Shown piece after piece: positions 30,668-39,827 of a DNA stretch of 64,000 bases. The notes under the pieces were generated by a model. It saw nothing but the letters and a program-made list of their open reading frames with translations. It was not told where the DNA came from and made no database searches. This stretch comes from Bacteroidales bacterium. GTDB lineage: Bacteria > Bacteroidota > Bacteroidia > Bacteroidales > UBA7960. Each line of letters starts with the position of its first letter. Within the stretch, counting starts at the first letter, position 1. The stretch is taken from assembly GCA_046261715.1 (NCBI GenBank), contig JBHEOF010000001.1, forward strand, positions 29,690 through 93,689, in the 5' to 3' direction. A program made the translations under genes and the position numbers.

Positions 30668-32527
30668 TTATTGTGCGGAAATATCCCAGATCACCTCTAC
30701 ATCCCAGTTAAGTCTTGACTGGATTTTATCCGGAAAAACATACACCTTCTCGGGCTGAACTTCATCAAGATAGGTACCTGTATCCCACATTCCATTCCGG
30801 TTACTGTCTTCAACAAGCCGAAACCTGAAAGTTGAAGCCGGCAAATATTCAAATTGATAAATATCACTTTCGGAAATAATTTTTTCATCCACAATTTCAA
30901 ATTTCTCAGTAAGCAGCTGAAGTAAAAATTGTTTTTGTGGCTCCGGATCCTGAATTGTGTCATTGATGATTTGTAAAGTATCATCTTCAACTATACCCGG
31001 CAATGTTATATTAGCCATAATATAGCCATAGTCTTCCCGTGTAGTTGTTCTGAAGGAATAAGATAATGTATCATTTGTTGCTCCGAAAATATCAGTAAGA
31101 GCCCCGGGCAGCAGCCTGACCAGATACGTAGAATCCTGTTCCATAAAAGATTTGAAATGTAAACGCCGTTTTGTAATGTCTGCAAATTCAAATTCTGCTT
31201 CTGCAGGAATACTGTCACTGACAAAAACCTGCACTGAGTCAGGTATAAACTCTCTTACAGGCGTTTGGCTTACCAGTTCAAAACTCCTGAAAAATGGTTG
31301 TTTTCGGGCCTTAAGTGTAGGTGTACTTATATTTAGTACCGGCCCTTCCTCCTGCTGAGGGGTTCCTCTTCCCCGCACAGCGCGAACTGTTAATGAGATA
31401 TTTACTGTATCGAGTAAACGATCATGATCATAAACCTTTAAAAAGAGTGAATCTCTCTCTGATTCAGAGAACCATATGGCCAGAGTATCCCGGTTCCGGT
31501 TGTATTCTTTAATATTCCAGTTTTCAGGTAAGGGTTCTTTGTAATCTGTAAAATGCACAGAGTCAACCGGAGCACGAAAAGCAAAACTGATTCTTCCCTT
31601 GCGTGTAAGCGTTGATGCCATCAACCTTTGAAGGGTATCTTTTTCCTGGAAAAGGAATAATTCATAGCGATGAATATCCGTTGTCATCTGCAAATCAGAT
31701 AAACTATCTGCAGGGCTTACTACATCCGGATTTTCGGTAATCGTATCATTTTGTTGAAGGGGTGTAACTTCAATTGAGTCACCTGTAAGGGTATCAGCTT
31801 CTGCAATTTCCTTTTCCCTGCCTAAAGGTTCTATAAACTCAGGTTTTATTAAACTGTCAATAAACCCGATCATTTCATCCGGGTTATCGTAAAGGTAATT
31901 CGTGTTAACATCCTTAAGAGCAAACATCAGGTACTCTCCTTCACGCATATTGCTTATAAAAAAATTGCCTTCTTTATCGGTTTTTGACAAGTAAACCGGC
32001 CGCTGAAGCATAGGAACCGAGTCAAAAACATCATCATACAACATTACAAAAACATCTTCTTCAGGTTCAAGGGTAAGGGCGTTTTTCACATTGCCCGTTA
32101 CCGATAATGAATCAACATAACTACCCGTTGAAACCACAAATTGAAAATTTGGGATGGCATTGCCTTCGGTTATGTCAACAATGGATTCACCAAAAAAGAA
32201 ATTGTAAGTGGTATTCTCCATTAAAGTATCTTCAACCGACATAATTACAGAGCGACCCCGAACCCTAATTTCAGGATCATTTTGCAATGGGGGTGAAACT
32301 AAAAGGTTTTGTCTGAGATCTTTGATTTCAACAAACTCATTGAAAAATATTCGTACATCCTGTCCTTCATAATAGGTTGAATAATTTGGTGGTGTGCTTC
32401 TTAACACAACCGGCGGATCTTCATCTTCCGGTCCTCCAGTGGGGGCTACCACATTAGCACATGCAGCTAATACAATTATAAGTGCACTGTAAATTAAGTT
32501 TCTTGAGAAAGATGGCAACTTCACCAT
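30668..32527 (-). CDS. Ig-like (SbsA/Big_5-type) domain lipoprotein of unknown function
   Basis: Lipoprotein signal MVKLPSFSRNLIYSALIIVLAAC is followed by PTGGPEDEDPPVVLRSTPPN...FNEFVE, typical of Bacteroidota Ig-like-domain lipoproteins. The ORF-track start at 32563 is an alternative. Confidence 0.6.
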   Translation of the reverse strand: MVKLPSFSRNLIYSALIIVLAACANVVAPTGGPEDEDPPVVLRSTPPNYSTYYEGQDVRIFFNEFVEIKDLRQNLLVSPPLQNDPEIRVRGRSVIMSVEDTLMENTTYNFFFGESIVDITEGNAIPNFQFVVSTGSYVDSLSVTGNVKNALTLEPEEDVFVMLYDDVFDSVPMLQRPVYLSKTDKEGNFFISNMREGEYLMFALKDVNTNYLYDNPDEMIGFIDSLIKPEFIEPLGREKEIAEADTLTGDSIEVTPLQQNDTITENPDVVSPADSLSDLQMTTDIHRYELFLFQEKDTLQRLMASTLTRKGRISFAFRAPVDSVHFTDYKEPLPENWNIKEYNRNRDTLAIWFSESERDSLFLKVYDHDRLLDTVNISLTVRAVRGRGTPQQEEGPVLNISTPTLKARKQPFFRSFELVSQTPVREFIPDSVQVFVSDSIPAEAEFEFADITKRRLHFKSFMEQDSTYLVRLLPGALTDIFGATNDTLSYSFRTTTREDYGYIMANITLPGIVEDDTLQIINDTIQDPEPQKQFLLQLLTEKFEIVDEKIISESDIYQFEYLPASTFRFRLVEDSNRNGMWDTGTYLDEVQPEKVYVFPDKIQSRLNWDVEVIWDISAQ

Positions 32528-32819
32528 GATGAGATAACAAATTAATTTGTCGGTTTTAATCATTCAACGTCAAAGGCATGGCAAAATTATCAATATTTAC
32601 GGAAAGATGTTCTTTAAAACATAATGACAAAGAAATATGACTACTTATGGCTATATGTTTTTGGTTCAATTGAATATATTTCGTACATTTGAGATGATAA
32701 ACCATTAGTCGTTCCTTTAGTTTATCTTCTGGCTGTTTCGGTATCCCCTGAAGATTTCCCCAATTTCCCTTTTGTCTTCAATTCCATTTCCCCTGACCGG
32801 AACAGCCTTTTTGTATCCT

Positions 32820-33461
32820 TTAATTTGTTTCAGGCAGAGTAAAAACTTTTTCAAGATTGCAGAAACTATATTCCTGCCCACTAAAATAAACCAGCAGTTT
32901 TTCAAGCACAACAGTAACATTTTTTGCAGCTTTTTCAGAGTCGTGCAGTAAAACTATTGAACCCGAAGCAATTCTTTTTTTCAGTGCAGCGATCTTTTTT
33001 TCAGGAATACTTTCCTTTTTGTAATCATGTGTTAGATGAGACCACATTACAATAGAGAATCTTTTTTTCAGTGCCCTTATCTGGGCCGGGGTAATACGCC
33101 CATAAGGCGGACGAAAAAGATTAGACTGAAAAACATCATCACACAGATTTATATCATCCATATATTCCTTTACGGAATTCCCCCAACCACTAACATGGTT
33201 AAAGGTATGATTACCCAGGGAGTGACCTTCATCTTTAATTATATTAATAACCCCGGGATGCTTTTGGGCTTGCCTTCCCGTGCAAAAAAAGGTGGCTTTT
33301 GCATTGTAAGTATCCAGCAATTGCAAAATATTATCGGTAACACCCGGGAAAGGACCGTCGTCAAACGTCAGGAAAATTTTTTTATCAGGTGTTGGCACCT
33401 TCCATTTTAAAGCTCCCGGAGAAACTTTCTGCAAAATATAGGGGCTGCTAACTAACATCAT
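32820..33461 (-). CDS. polysaccharide deacetylase (NodB homology domain)
   Basis: 213 aa with TFDDGP, ATFF..G and GNHTFNH motifs. Confidence 0.85.
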   Translation of the reverse strand: MMLVSSPYILQKVSPGALKWKVPTPDKKIFLTFDDGPFPGVTDNILQLLDTYNAKATFFCTGRQAQKHPGVINIIKDEGHSLGNHTFNHVSGWGNSVKEYMDDINLCDDVFQSNLFRPPYGRITPAQIRALKKRFSIVMWSHLTHDYKKESIPEKKIAALKKRIASGSIVLLHDSEKAAKNVTVVLEKLLVYFSGQEYSFCNLEKVFTLPETN

Positions 33462-33534
33462 ATACCGGGAAAATTATTTTGTTGGGAAAGGAGTTCACTG
33501 AACCACAATTCATTTTCTATAGATACCTTGTATT

Positions 33535-34590
33535 TCAGGCACTTATTCTGTTTGCTTTTCTTGATTGGAATAGCTTTTTCAAACTTTTCTTCAACTCTTT
33601 GCGGTCAATATATTTACCAATAAAAACTATTTTGGAATAACGTGATTCATCATCTTCCCAATCAGTACCATCCTCAAAATTATAAGAGCCCTTTACGGCA
33701 TGGAAAACAGAACGTTTACTCTTATCTCTGAAGTTAAGAATTCCTTTTACCCGGTAAAGTGTATTTTGATTGAAATACAAGTAGCTTGACATCCAGATAT
33801 TGAAAAGTTCCTGATCAAAACATTCATCGAAAATAAATCCTTCTGCATGAATATCATGGCGATGATGTATCGTTTCACTTGACAGAGATTTATTTGATAT
33901 GGCAAGTTCATGTATTGAAATACTTATATTGTGAAATGAACGGGTTGTTTTTTCTATATGCGAAGAAGAATAGGCTTTGGTTTGTAGCAAAGGTGTGCCA
34001 TTTGTTTGTGCCCATTTTGTTTCAACTATTTCAGCCATGGGATTGATTTCGCAGATATGCTCTTTCAACTGACTGATGTATGTTCTTTCAACGAGATCAA
34101 TCTTGTTAAGAATAACCAGATCAGACAAGGCAATTTGTTTTCGTGAATCAACTTCGTTGTTTATCGTTTTTTCCAGAGTTGATGCATCTGTAAGACAAAT
34201 AACACTGTTTACCTCAAAGTACTTTTCAATGGTATTATTGGATACAAATAAATCAATAACACTCGTAGGATCAGCGATTCCGGTAGTTTCAACCAGCAAA
34301 TGGTCGATTTCATCCGATTTTTCTATAATGGTTTGAAGAGAATTGAAAAAATCCCTGCTCAACGAACAACAAATACATCCATTGGTAAGCTCATAAACCG
34401 GTGTCTCTTTAACGGATAAAAGTTCACCATCAATACCTAACTCTCCAAATTCATTCTCTATAATTGCAAAACGGGTATCCTGATTTTTACGGATAATGTT
34501 ATTTAGCAATGTGGTTTTTCCTGAGCCAAGAAATCCTGTAATGATAGTAACCGGGATACGTTTTTGTGCTATTTTAAAATTTTCCTGCAT
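33535..34590 (-). CDS. COG0523-family G3E GTPase (CobW/ZigA-like metallochaperone)
   Basis: 351 aa. P-loop GFLGSGKTTLLN, metal-binding CICC motif, LNKIDL and a CobW C-terminal domain. Confidence 0.85.
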   Translation of the reverse strand: MQENFKIAQKRIPVTIITGFLGSGKTTLLNNIIRKNQDTRFAIIENEFGELGIDGELLSVKETPVYELTNGCICCSLSRDFFNSLQTIIEKSDEIDHLLVETTGIADPTSVIDLFVSNNTIEKYFEVNSVICLTDASTLEKTINNEVDSRKQIALSDLVILNKIDLVERTYISQLKEHICEINPMAEIVETKWAQTNGTPLLQTKAYSSSHIEKTTRSFHNISISIHELAISNKSLSSETIHHRHDIHAEGFIFDECFDQELFNIWMSSYLYFNQNTLYRVKGILNFRDKSKRSVFHAVKGSYNFEDGTDWEDDESRYSKIVFIGKYIDRKELKKSLKKLFQSRKANRISA

Positions 34591-34918
34591 TAACCAGTTA
34601 ATAATGTATTATTTATCCGGTTTTGAAAAGCTGTAGTAGCTATTTTGGTTGTTATTGTTAATTCAACGGGTTGTTAACTTCTTTATTGCAAAGCAAATGT
34701 AAAGAATAAACTATGGATTTAAAAACAAACTAACATCTTTTTATACAAATAATTAGATTATTTCAATGAATCAATAATTCTATTAAACATATTTCCCGAA
34801 AATTGTTTACAATAATGTATTTTTTTTTGAAATTCTTTAATTTAATCTCATCAGGTAAGAAACATAATATTCAATTATCTAAAAAAGAGGAACTGATATT
34901 CAAGGTGGGACAAAATGA

Positions 34919-35428
34919 TTATTTCCTGCTACCTTTCATCCATATACCAGGGAATTCAATACAGTCCTTCAATACAAGGAAAAGTGCAATTATATAAAAA
35001 CTCTCAAGGAAAATATGATATAAAAATCTGGCGAATGAAGAAGTATAATAAAAGGTGAGAAGGAGCATAAAAACCATTTGAAAGAAAAGAAATATACCAA
35101 AATTGATCATCGACTGCTTTGCTGCTATTTTTGCTGGCAGCACATAAAATAAGACCGAAAACCAGCTAAAAACAATAATTACAGGAAATAATATCGCTTG
35201 TACCTTTTGCGGATAGAACCCCTTTTTACCATCAATAAGAGTGTGCACCATAAAAACAAGATCACCGGAATCACTTGTTACACCCACATTTGCATCGCCT
35301 CCAAAAACCGCTTTCATCGTATTTAGCAAAAAGGCCAGTATATGGGCATAAAACCTTTCAAAGCCATTAACCCAAATCAGTGTTATCAGCACCGATGCTG
35401 CAATCCATATAATTATTTTTTTAAGCAT
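34919..35428 (-). CDS. polytopic membrane protein coupled to the exosortase-family gene (possible exosortase-system-associated protein)
   Basis: 169 aa from ATG 35428 (MLKKIIIWIAASVLITLIW...). The ORF-track TTG start at 35446 would abut the upstream stop. It has 4-5 hydrophobic helices and no recognisable catalytic motif. Confidence 0.6.
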   Translation of the reverse strand: MLKKIIIWIAASVLITLIWVNGFERFYAHILAFLLNTMKAVFGGDANVGVTSDSGDLVFMVHTLIDGKKGFYPQKVQAILFPVIIVFSWFSVLFYVLPAKIAAKQSMINFGIFLFFQMVFMLLLTFYYTSSFARFLYHIFLESFYIIALFLVLKDCIEFPGIWMKGSRK

Positions 35429-35446
35429 TGGAAATAATAGTAACAA

Positions 35447-36010
35447 TTAGTTGCCTGCAAAAAAGAGAGGTTTATCTGACCTTTTATCGGCCCACAAAAT
35501 GATTATAAATACCAGCAGGGCAAAAAGTATATTCCAGAAATAATCATGAATGTTGTAAAAAACATTTGTGGAATAGTTGCCAATGGCTCCCATAATTAAA
35601 AATCTCATTTTATTGGCAATAAATATAACTCCTGTCATTATTACAAAATTTATTGCTTTATTTTTTATCGACCAGGGCATAAATATCGAAATCATCAGGA
35701 TAAAAATATAGAAATTATATGCAGTACATTCCAGGATCACTTCCATGCCAAACCCGGAAAAATTCAGTGCCGGGAATCCCCCATCAGAAACTGGTAACTG
35801 CAGTAGTTTCCCTGTTGCTATAACTGATTTGTGTGTAAAGTTTACCATAAAATGCCTTATAACATCTTTTATACCCGGTAAATGAACCATAGCCAGTAAA
35901 AGAAACCATCCTGAGAATGAAAACAACAGAGGTTTTATTCTTTTAAGATACTCTCTCCGCAACTTATCTCTTTGTTTTGCCTTTTCCCTGAGTTCTTTAC
36001 TATTTGCCAC
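35447..36010 (-). CDS. exosortase/archaeosortase-family protein (XrtF-like by size and phylum)
   Basis: 187 aa with a GTG start and a basic cytoplasmic N-terminus followed by TM helices. The family triad is present in canonical order: Cys in VILECTAYNF, Asn-x-x-Arg in IANKMRFLIMG, and His in YNIHDYFWN. Confidence 0.7.
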   Translation of the reverse strand: MANSKELREKAKQRDKLRREYLKRIKPLLFSFSGWFLLLAMVHLPGIKDVIRHFMVNFTHKSVIATGKLLQLPVSDGGFPALNFSGFGMEVILECTAYNFYIFILMISIFMPWSIKNKAINFVIMTGVIFIANKMRFLIMGAIGNYSTNVFYNIHDYFWNILFALLVFIIILWADKRSDKPLFFAGN

Positions 36011-36194
36011 AACCGATATTTTTAATTATTTACACGATTTAAAGGTAAAAAGTTATTCACAACAATAAAGCAAAAACCTGCCAAAAGTTAATTGCTTAAA
36101 ATTATATGTTACTTTTGGTTTTTGTCAATAATAATAAATTTACAGATTGTATTTTCCTGTGTTGAAATTATCGTTCAGTATTAATTTCCTGTAA

Positions 36195-37133
36195 ATGAAA
36201 AAGTTTTTTTCCCTGTTATTTATTCTTGGTTTTATTACAGTGTATGCACAGGAGCGCAATGCCGATCCTGCCAAACAATGGGATATTTCAAAAGAAAATG
36301 ATTGTGAAGGGTTTTCATTGAATTTTTTTGATGAGGAACTTGTAACAGCAGACACCCTGATCACAAAAATTTTAGGTGATGATATCCAATCATACAGTAT
36401 ATTGAATTCTCAGGCTGCTACCGGTCAAAATGCATCTGCGGGTATATTTAATGGTGGAAATGCTGCGGGAATTAACCTGGAAAGTGGAATAATACTGAGT
36501 TCCGGATTTATAAAAAACGTAACCGGACCGAATGAATATTCCGGAGTAACAGGAGTATTGAATCTGCCGGGCGATGAAGACATGGAAGCTCTTATACCCG
36601 GCTATGAAACCCTTGACGCAACCATACTTGAGTTTTCATTTATACCGGTTCATGACACACTCTTCATAAGCTTTGTTTTTGGATCTGATGAGTACAATGA
36701 ATGGGTCGGCTCACCTTACAATGATGTATTTGGATTTTTTCTGAATGGTGAAAACATTGCTTTGGTTCCTGAAACAAATGACAGAATATCAGTAAATAGT
36801 ATCAATAATTTCAGTAATAATAATTTTTTTATAAATAATGATGAGCGTCCAGGTCTGTTTTGCAATGAAATGGATGGTTTCACAACTTTACTGACTGCCA
36901 TAGGTATTGTTTCACCCGGTGAATTAAACCACATAAAGCTGGCCATTGCCGATGCCGGCGACAGAAGTTTCGACTCCTGGGTTTTTATCAAAAGTGGCGG
37001 TTTTACCGGCATTGATCCGGGTGATCCTGATGACGACGATCCGGTTCCATTACCCCTGAAAAACTGGCCCATATTTCTTATAATGATAATGATACTGGTT
37101 TTCACCTTCATTAAGATCAGAAGATCTGCATAA
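36195..37133 (+). CDS. secreted choice-of-anchor-L-like protein with a PEP-CTERM-like C-terminal sorting signal
   Basis: 312 aa. Signal peptide MKKFFSLLFILGFITVYAQ. The core reads LEFSFIP..DTLFISFVFGSDEYNEWVGSPYNDVFGFFLNGENIALVP...DG.T..L. The C-terminus is DPGDPDDDDPVPLPLKNW-PIFLIMIMILVFTFI-KIRRSA. Confidence 0.7.
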   Translation: MKKFFSLLFILGFITVYAQERNADPAKQWDISKENDCEGFSLNFFDEELVTADTLITKILGDDIQSYSILNSQAATGQNASAGIFNGGNAAGINLESGIILSSGFIKNVTGPNEYSGVTGVLNLPGDEDMEALIPGYETLDATILEFSFIPVHDTLFISFVFGSDEYNEWVGSPYNDVFGFFLNGENIALVPETNDRISVNSINNFSNNNFFINNDERPGLFCNEMDGFTTLLTAIGIVSPGELNHIKLAIADAGDRSFDSWVFIKSGGFTGIDPGDPDDDDPVPLPLKNWPIFLIMIMILVFTFIKIRRSA

Positions 37134-37362
37134 AGAAATTAACTCAAGCCCCGGACTTCTTTTCTTACCTGTAATACCTGAATACTTTTCAATGGACAAA
37201 GATTTTTATATTACCGGTTTATTCTCTGTCAATGGTATCGTTGTAGCGGGATATTTTCCTGTTATTGATTTTTAAGAATGCTCACAGCCTTAAAGCACAC
37301 TGATTTTCAATTTTTTTTGTAGGTTTGCCATCCTTATAAAACATAACCAATATAAAAAACCT

Positions 37363-39102
37363 ATGAATAAAAAAATTGCTTTAGCCTTACTCAGCATTAC
37401 TCTTTTTGCTTTCCCGGCACTGGCTTGCACCAGCTACCTGGTTACCCCCGGAGCATCAGTAGATGGTTCATCCATGATAAGTTATGCCGCCGATTCACAC
37501 ATCAGGTATGGTGAGTTGTATTTTTTTGAAGGGGGCCCGAAAGCTCCCGGATCACATTTTCAGGTATATTACCGTGGCAGCCACAAACCGCTTGCACGCA
37601 TACCGCTGCCCGATCGCACATACCAGGTGGTGGGCTATATCAACGAAAAGCAGGTAGCCATTGGCGAAACTACTTTCGGGGGTCACAATGAACTGTTCGA
37701 TACTACCGGTGGTGTTGACTATACCGGACTTATGCAACTGGCACTTATGCAGGCGCCCACCGCGCGCGATGCCATCCGGATCATTGGTGAACTTGCCGAT
37801 GAATACGGATATTACAGCATGGGAGAATCTTTTTCCATTGCCGACCCGAATGAGGTCTGGATCATGGAGATCATTGGAAAAGGAACTGATCTGCAATACG
37901 ACCCTGCCAAAGGTGAATACTACAATGCCGAAAAGGGCGCGGTATGGGTAGCTCAAAGAATTCCTGACGGGTATATCTCTGCACACGCCAATCATGCACG
38001 TATTATGACATTCCCGAAAGCTGACGGGGTAGTATCTATCACCAACAAACAATTCGATGAGCTTCATGAGCCTGGTATAAGTGTAATTTATGCACATGAT
38101 GTTATTGATTTTGCCCGTCGTAAAGGATATTTTGATGGTGAAGATGCAAAATTCAGCTTTTCAGATGTGTATGCGCCTATTGATTTTGGGGCAGCCCGAT
38201 TTTGTGAAGCACGCGTATGGAGCATGTTTAATAAAGTGGCCCCCGGCATGGATCAATATATGGACTATGCCATGGGATTTGATCTTAAAAATCGTATGCC
38301 GCTTTACGTTAAGCCCGAGAGAAAGCTTTCTGTGGAAGACCTGATTAATTTCAAACGCGATTATCTGCAGGGAACCGATTTTGATCTTTCCCAGGATATA
38401 GGTGCTGGTCCGTGGGGTAAACCTTACCGGTGGAGACCTTTGACATGGGAAATTGATGGGAAAACCTATTTTCACGAACGCACCACGGCTACCCAGCAAA
38501 CTGCATTTTCGTTCATTACCCAATCACGAAAAGATTATCCGGGGCCTATTGGCGGTATCATTTGGTTTGGTGTTGATGATGCCAATACAAGCGTTTATGT
38601 GCCCATGTATGCCGGAATAAAAAAAGCTCCTGAGAAATACAAAGAAGGTTTTGGAAGTATTATTGAATATGAGGATGATGCCGCTTTCTGGGTATTTAAT
38701 AAGGTAGCTCATCTGGCATATCTCAGATACAGCTTAAAAATCGATGATATTAAAAAGGTTCAGGCAGAACTGGAAAACAGTTTCAGAGAATTTTTACCGG
38801 CCATTGACAGAGAAGCTCTTGAACTGTATGAGAAAGACCCGGAACAGGCAAAAGATTTTCTCACCAGCTTCAGCGTTTCCATGGGTAACTATACTGTTGA
38901 ACGGTGGCAGGAACTTTACAGGTTTTTAATGATTAAATACCTGGATGGAAATATTAAAAAAGAAGAAGATGGTGAATTTCTTACCAACCAGTGGGGGAAA
39001 TACCCTGTTGTTGAACATCCTGAATACCCTGAGTGGTGGTTAAGAACGATTATTGAACTTACAGGAGACAAATATCTTTACATTGAAGAAGAACAAGACT
39101 AA
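37363..39102 (+). CDS. C69-family dipeptidase (secreted)
   Basis: 579 aa. The signal peptide ends ...FPALA, exposing CTSYLV (the N-terminal Cys nucleophile of the Ntn-type C69 family). Also contains the SIADPNEVWIMEI block. Confidence 0.88.
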   Translation: MNKKIALALLSITLFAFPALACTSYLVTPGASVDGSSMISYAADSHIRYGELYFFEGGPKAPGSHFQVYYRGSHKPLARIPLPDRTYQVVGYINEKQVAIGETTFGGHNELFDTTGGVDYTGLMQLALMQAPTARDAIRIIGELADEYGYYSMGESFSIADPNEVWIMEIIGKGTDLQYDPAKGEYYNAEKGAVWVAQRIPDGYISAHANHARIMTFPKADGVVSITNKQFDELHEPGISVIYAHDVIDFARRKGYFDGEDAKFSFSDVYAPIDFGAARFCEARVWSMFNKVAPGMDQYMDYAMGFDLKNRMPLYVKPERKLSVEDLINFKRDYLQGTDFDLSQDIGAGPWGKPYRWRPLTWEIDGKTYFHERTTATQQTAFSFITQSRKDYPGPIGGIIWFGVDDANTSVYVPMYAGIKKAPEKYKEGFGSIIEYEDDAAFWVFNKVAHLAYLRYSLKIDDIKKVQAELENSFREFLPAIDREALELYEKDPEQAKDFLTSFSVSMGNYTVERWQELYRFLMIKYLDGNIKKEEDGEFLTNQWGKYPVVEHPEYPEWWLRTIIELTGDKYLYIEEEQD

Positions 39103-39144
39103 CTTTGTAAAAAAATTGAGTTAAAACCTAAAATTCATTTTTAT

Positions 39145-39753
39145 ATGTTTACAGGAATTATAGAAACCACCGGAAAAGTGGTTAAGATAGAAAGAGAAAG
39201 AGGGAATATTCATTTTACTATTGAAACCCCCATTGCAGATGAGTTAAAAGTAGACCAAAGTGTGGCACATGATGGGGTATGCCTTACAACCGTTCATGTT
39301 GATAAGAATACGAAGCAGTATACCGTTACAGCAATACAGGAAACACTCGATAAAACCAATATGCGTACCTGGAAAGAAGGATACCGCGTTAATCTTGAGA
39401 GATGTATGCGTATTGACGGGCGTTTGGACGGACATATTGTTCAGGGGCATGTAGACCAAACTGCTGTTTGCACCAAAGCCCAAGAGTTGGATGGAAGCTG
39501 GAAGTTCTGGTTTGAGTATGACCCGGGTCCGAAGAATATTACCGTTGAAAAGGGTTCCATCTCGGTAAATGGAGTAAGTCTGACAGTTGTTGATTCTGAG
39601 CCCAACATGTTTTCAGTAGCCATCATACCTTACACTTATGATGTTACAAATTTTGGTGATTTTAAAAAAGGTACGGTAATAAACCTTGAGTTTGATATTA
39701 TCGGCAAATATGTTGCCCGGCTTCTTGAGCAACATTTCGAAGCCAGAAAATAA
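39145..39753 (+). CDS. ribE: riboflavin synthase alpha chain
   Basis: 202 aa beginning MFTGIIE. It has two lumazine-binding repeats (SVAHDGVCLTV / SISVNGVSLTV). Confidence 0.93.
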   Translation: MFTGIIETTGKVVKIERERGNIHFTIETPIADELKVDQSVAHDGVCLTTVHVDKNTKQYTVTAIQETLDKTNMRTWKEGYRVNLERCMRIDGRLDGHIVQGHVDQTAVCTKAQELDGSWKFWFEYDPGPKNITVEKGSISVNGVSLTVVDSEPNMFSVAIIPYTYDVTNFGDFKKGTVINLEFDIIGKYVARLLEQHFEARK

Positions 39754-39773
39754 TATATTAATATTTCCTTAAG

Positions 39774-39816
39774 AAAAAAAAATGGCTGTTTTTATACAAA
39801 AACAGCCATTTTTTTA
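39774..39816. terminator. bidirectional intrinsic terminator between ribE (+) and skp-like (-)
   Basis: A-tract-AATGGCTGTTTTT-ATAC-AAAAACAGCCATT-T5. The stem is 13 bp and perfect. Confidence 0.75.
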
Positions 39817-39827
39817 TGTGAATTTTT

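Noticed and set aside
37552-38097. A 181-aa ORF antisense to the C69 dipeptidase, plus similar antisense ORFs inside gatE (42898-43732), the saccharopine-dehydrogenase gene (44541-44942) and mutS (56778-58816).
   Set aside because: They are shadow ORFs within well-supported genes and have no independent evidence.
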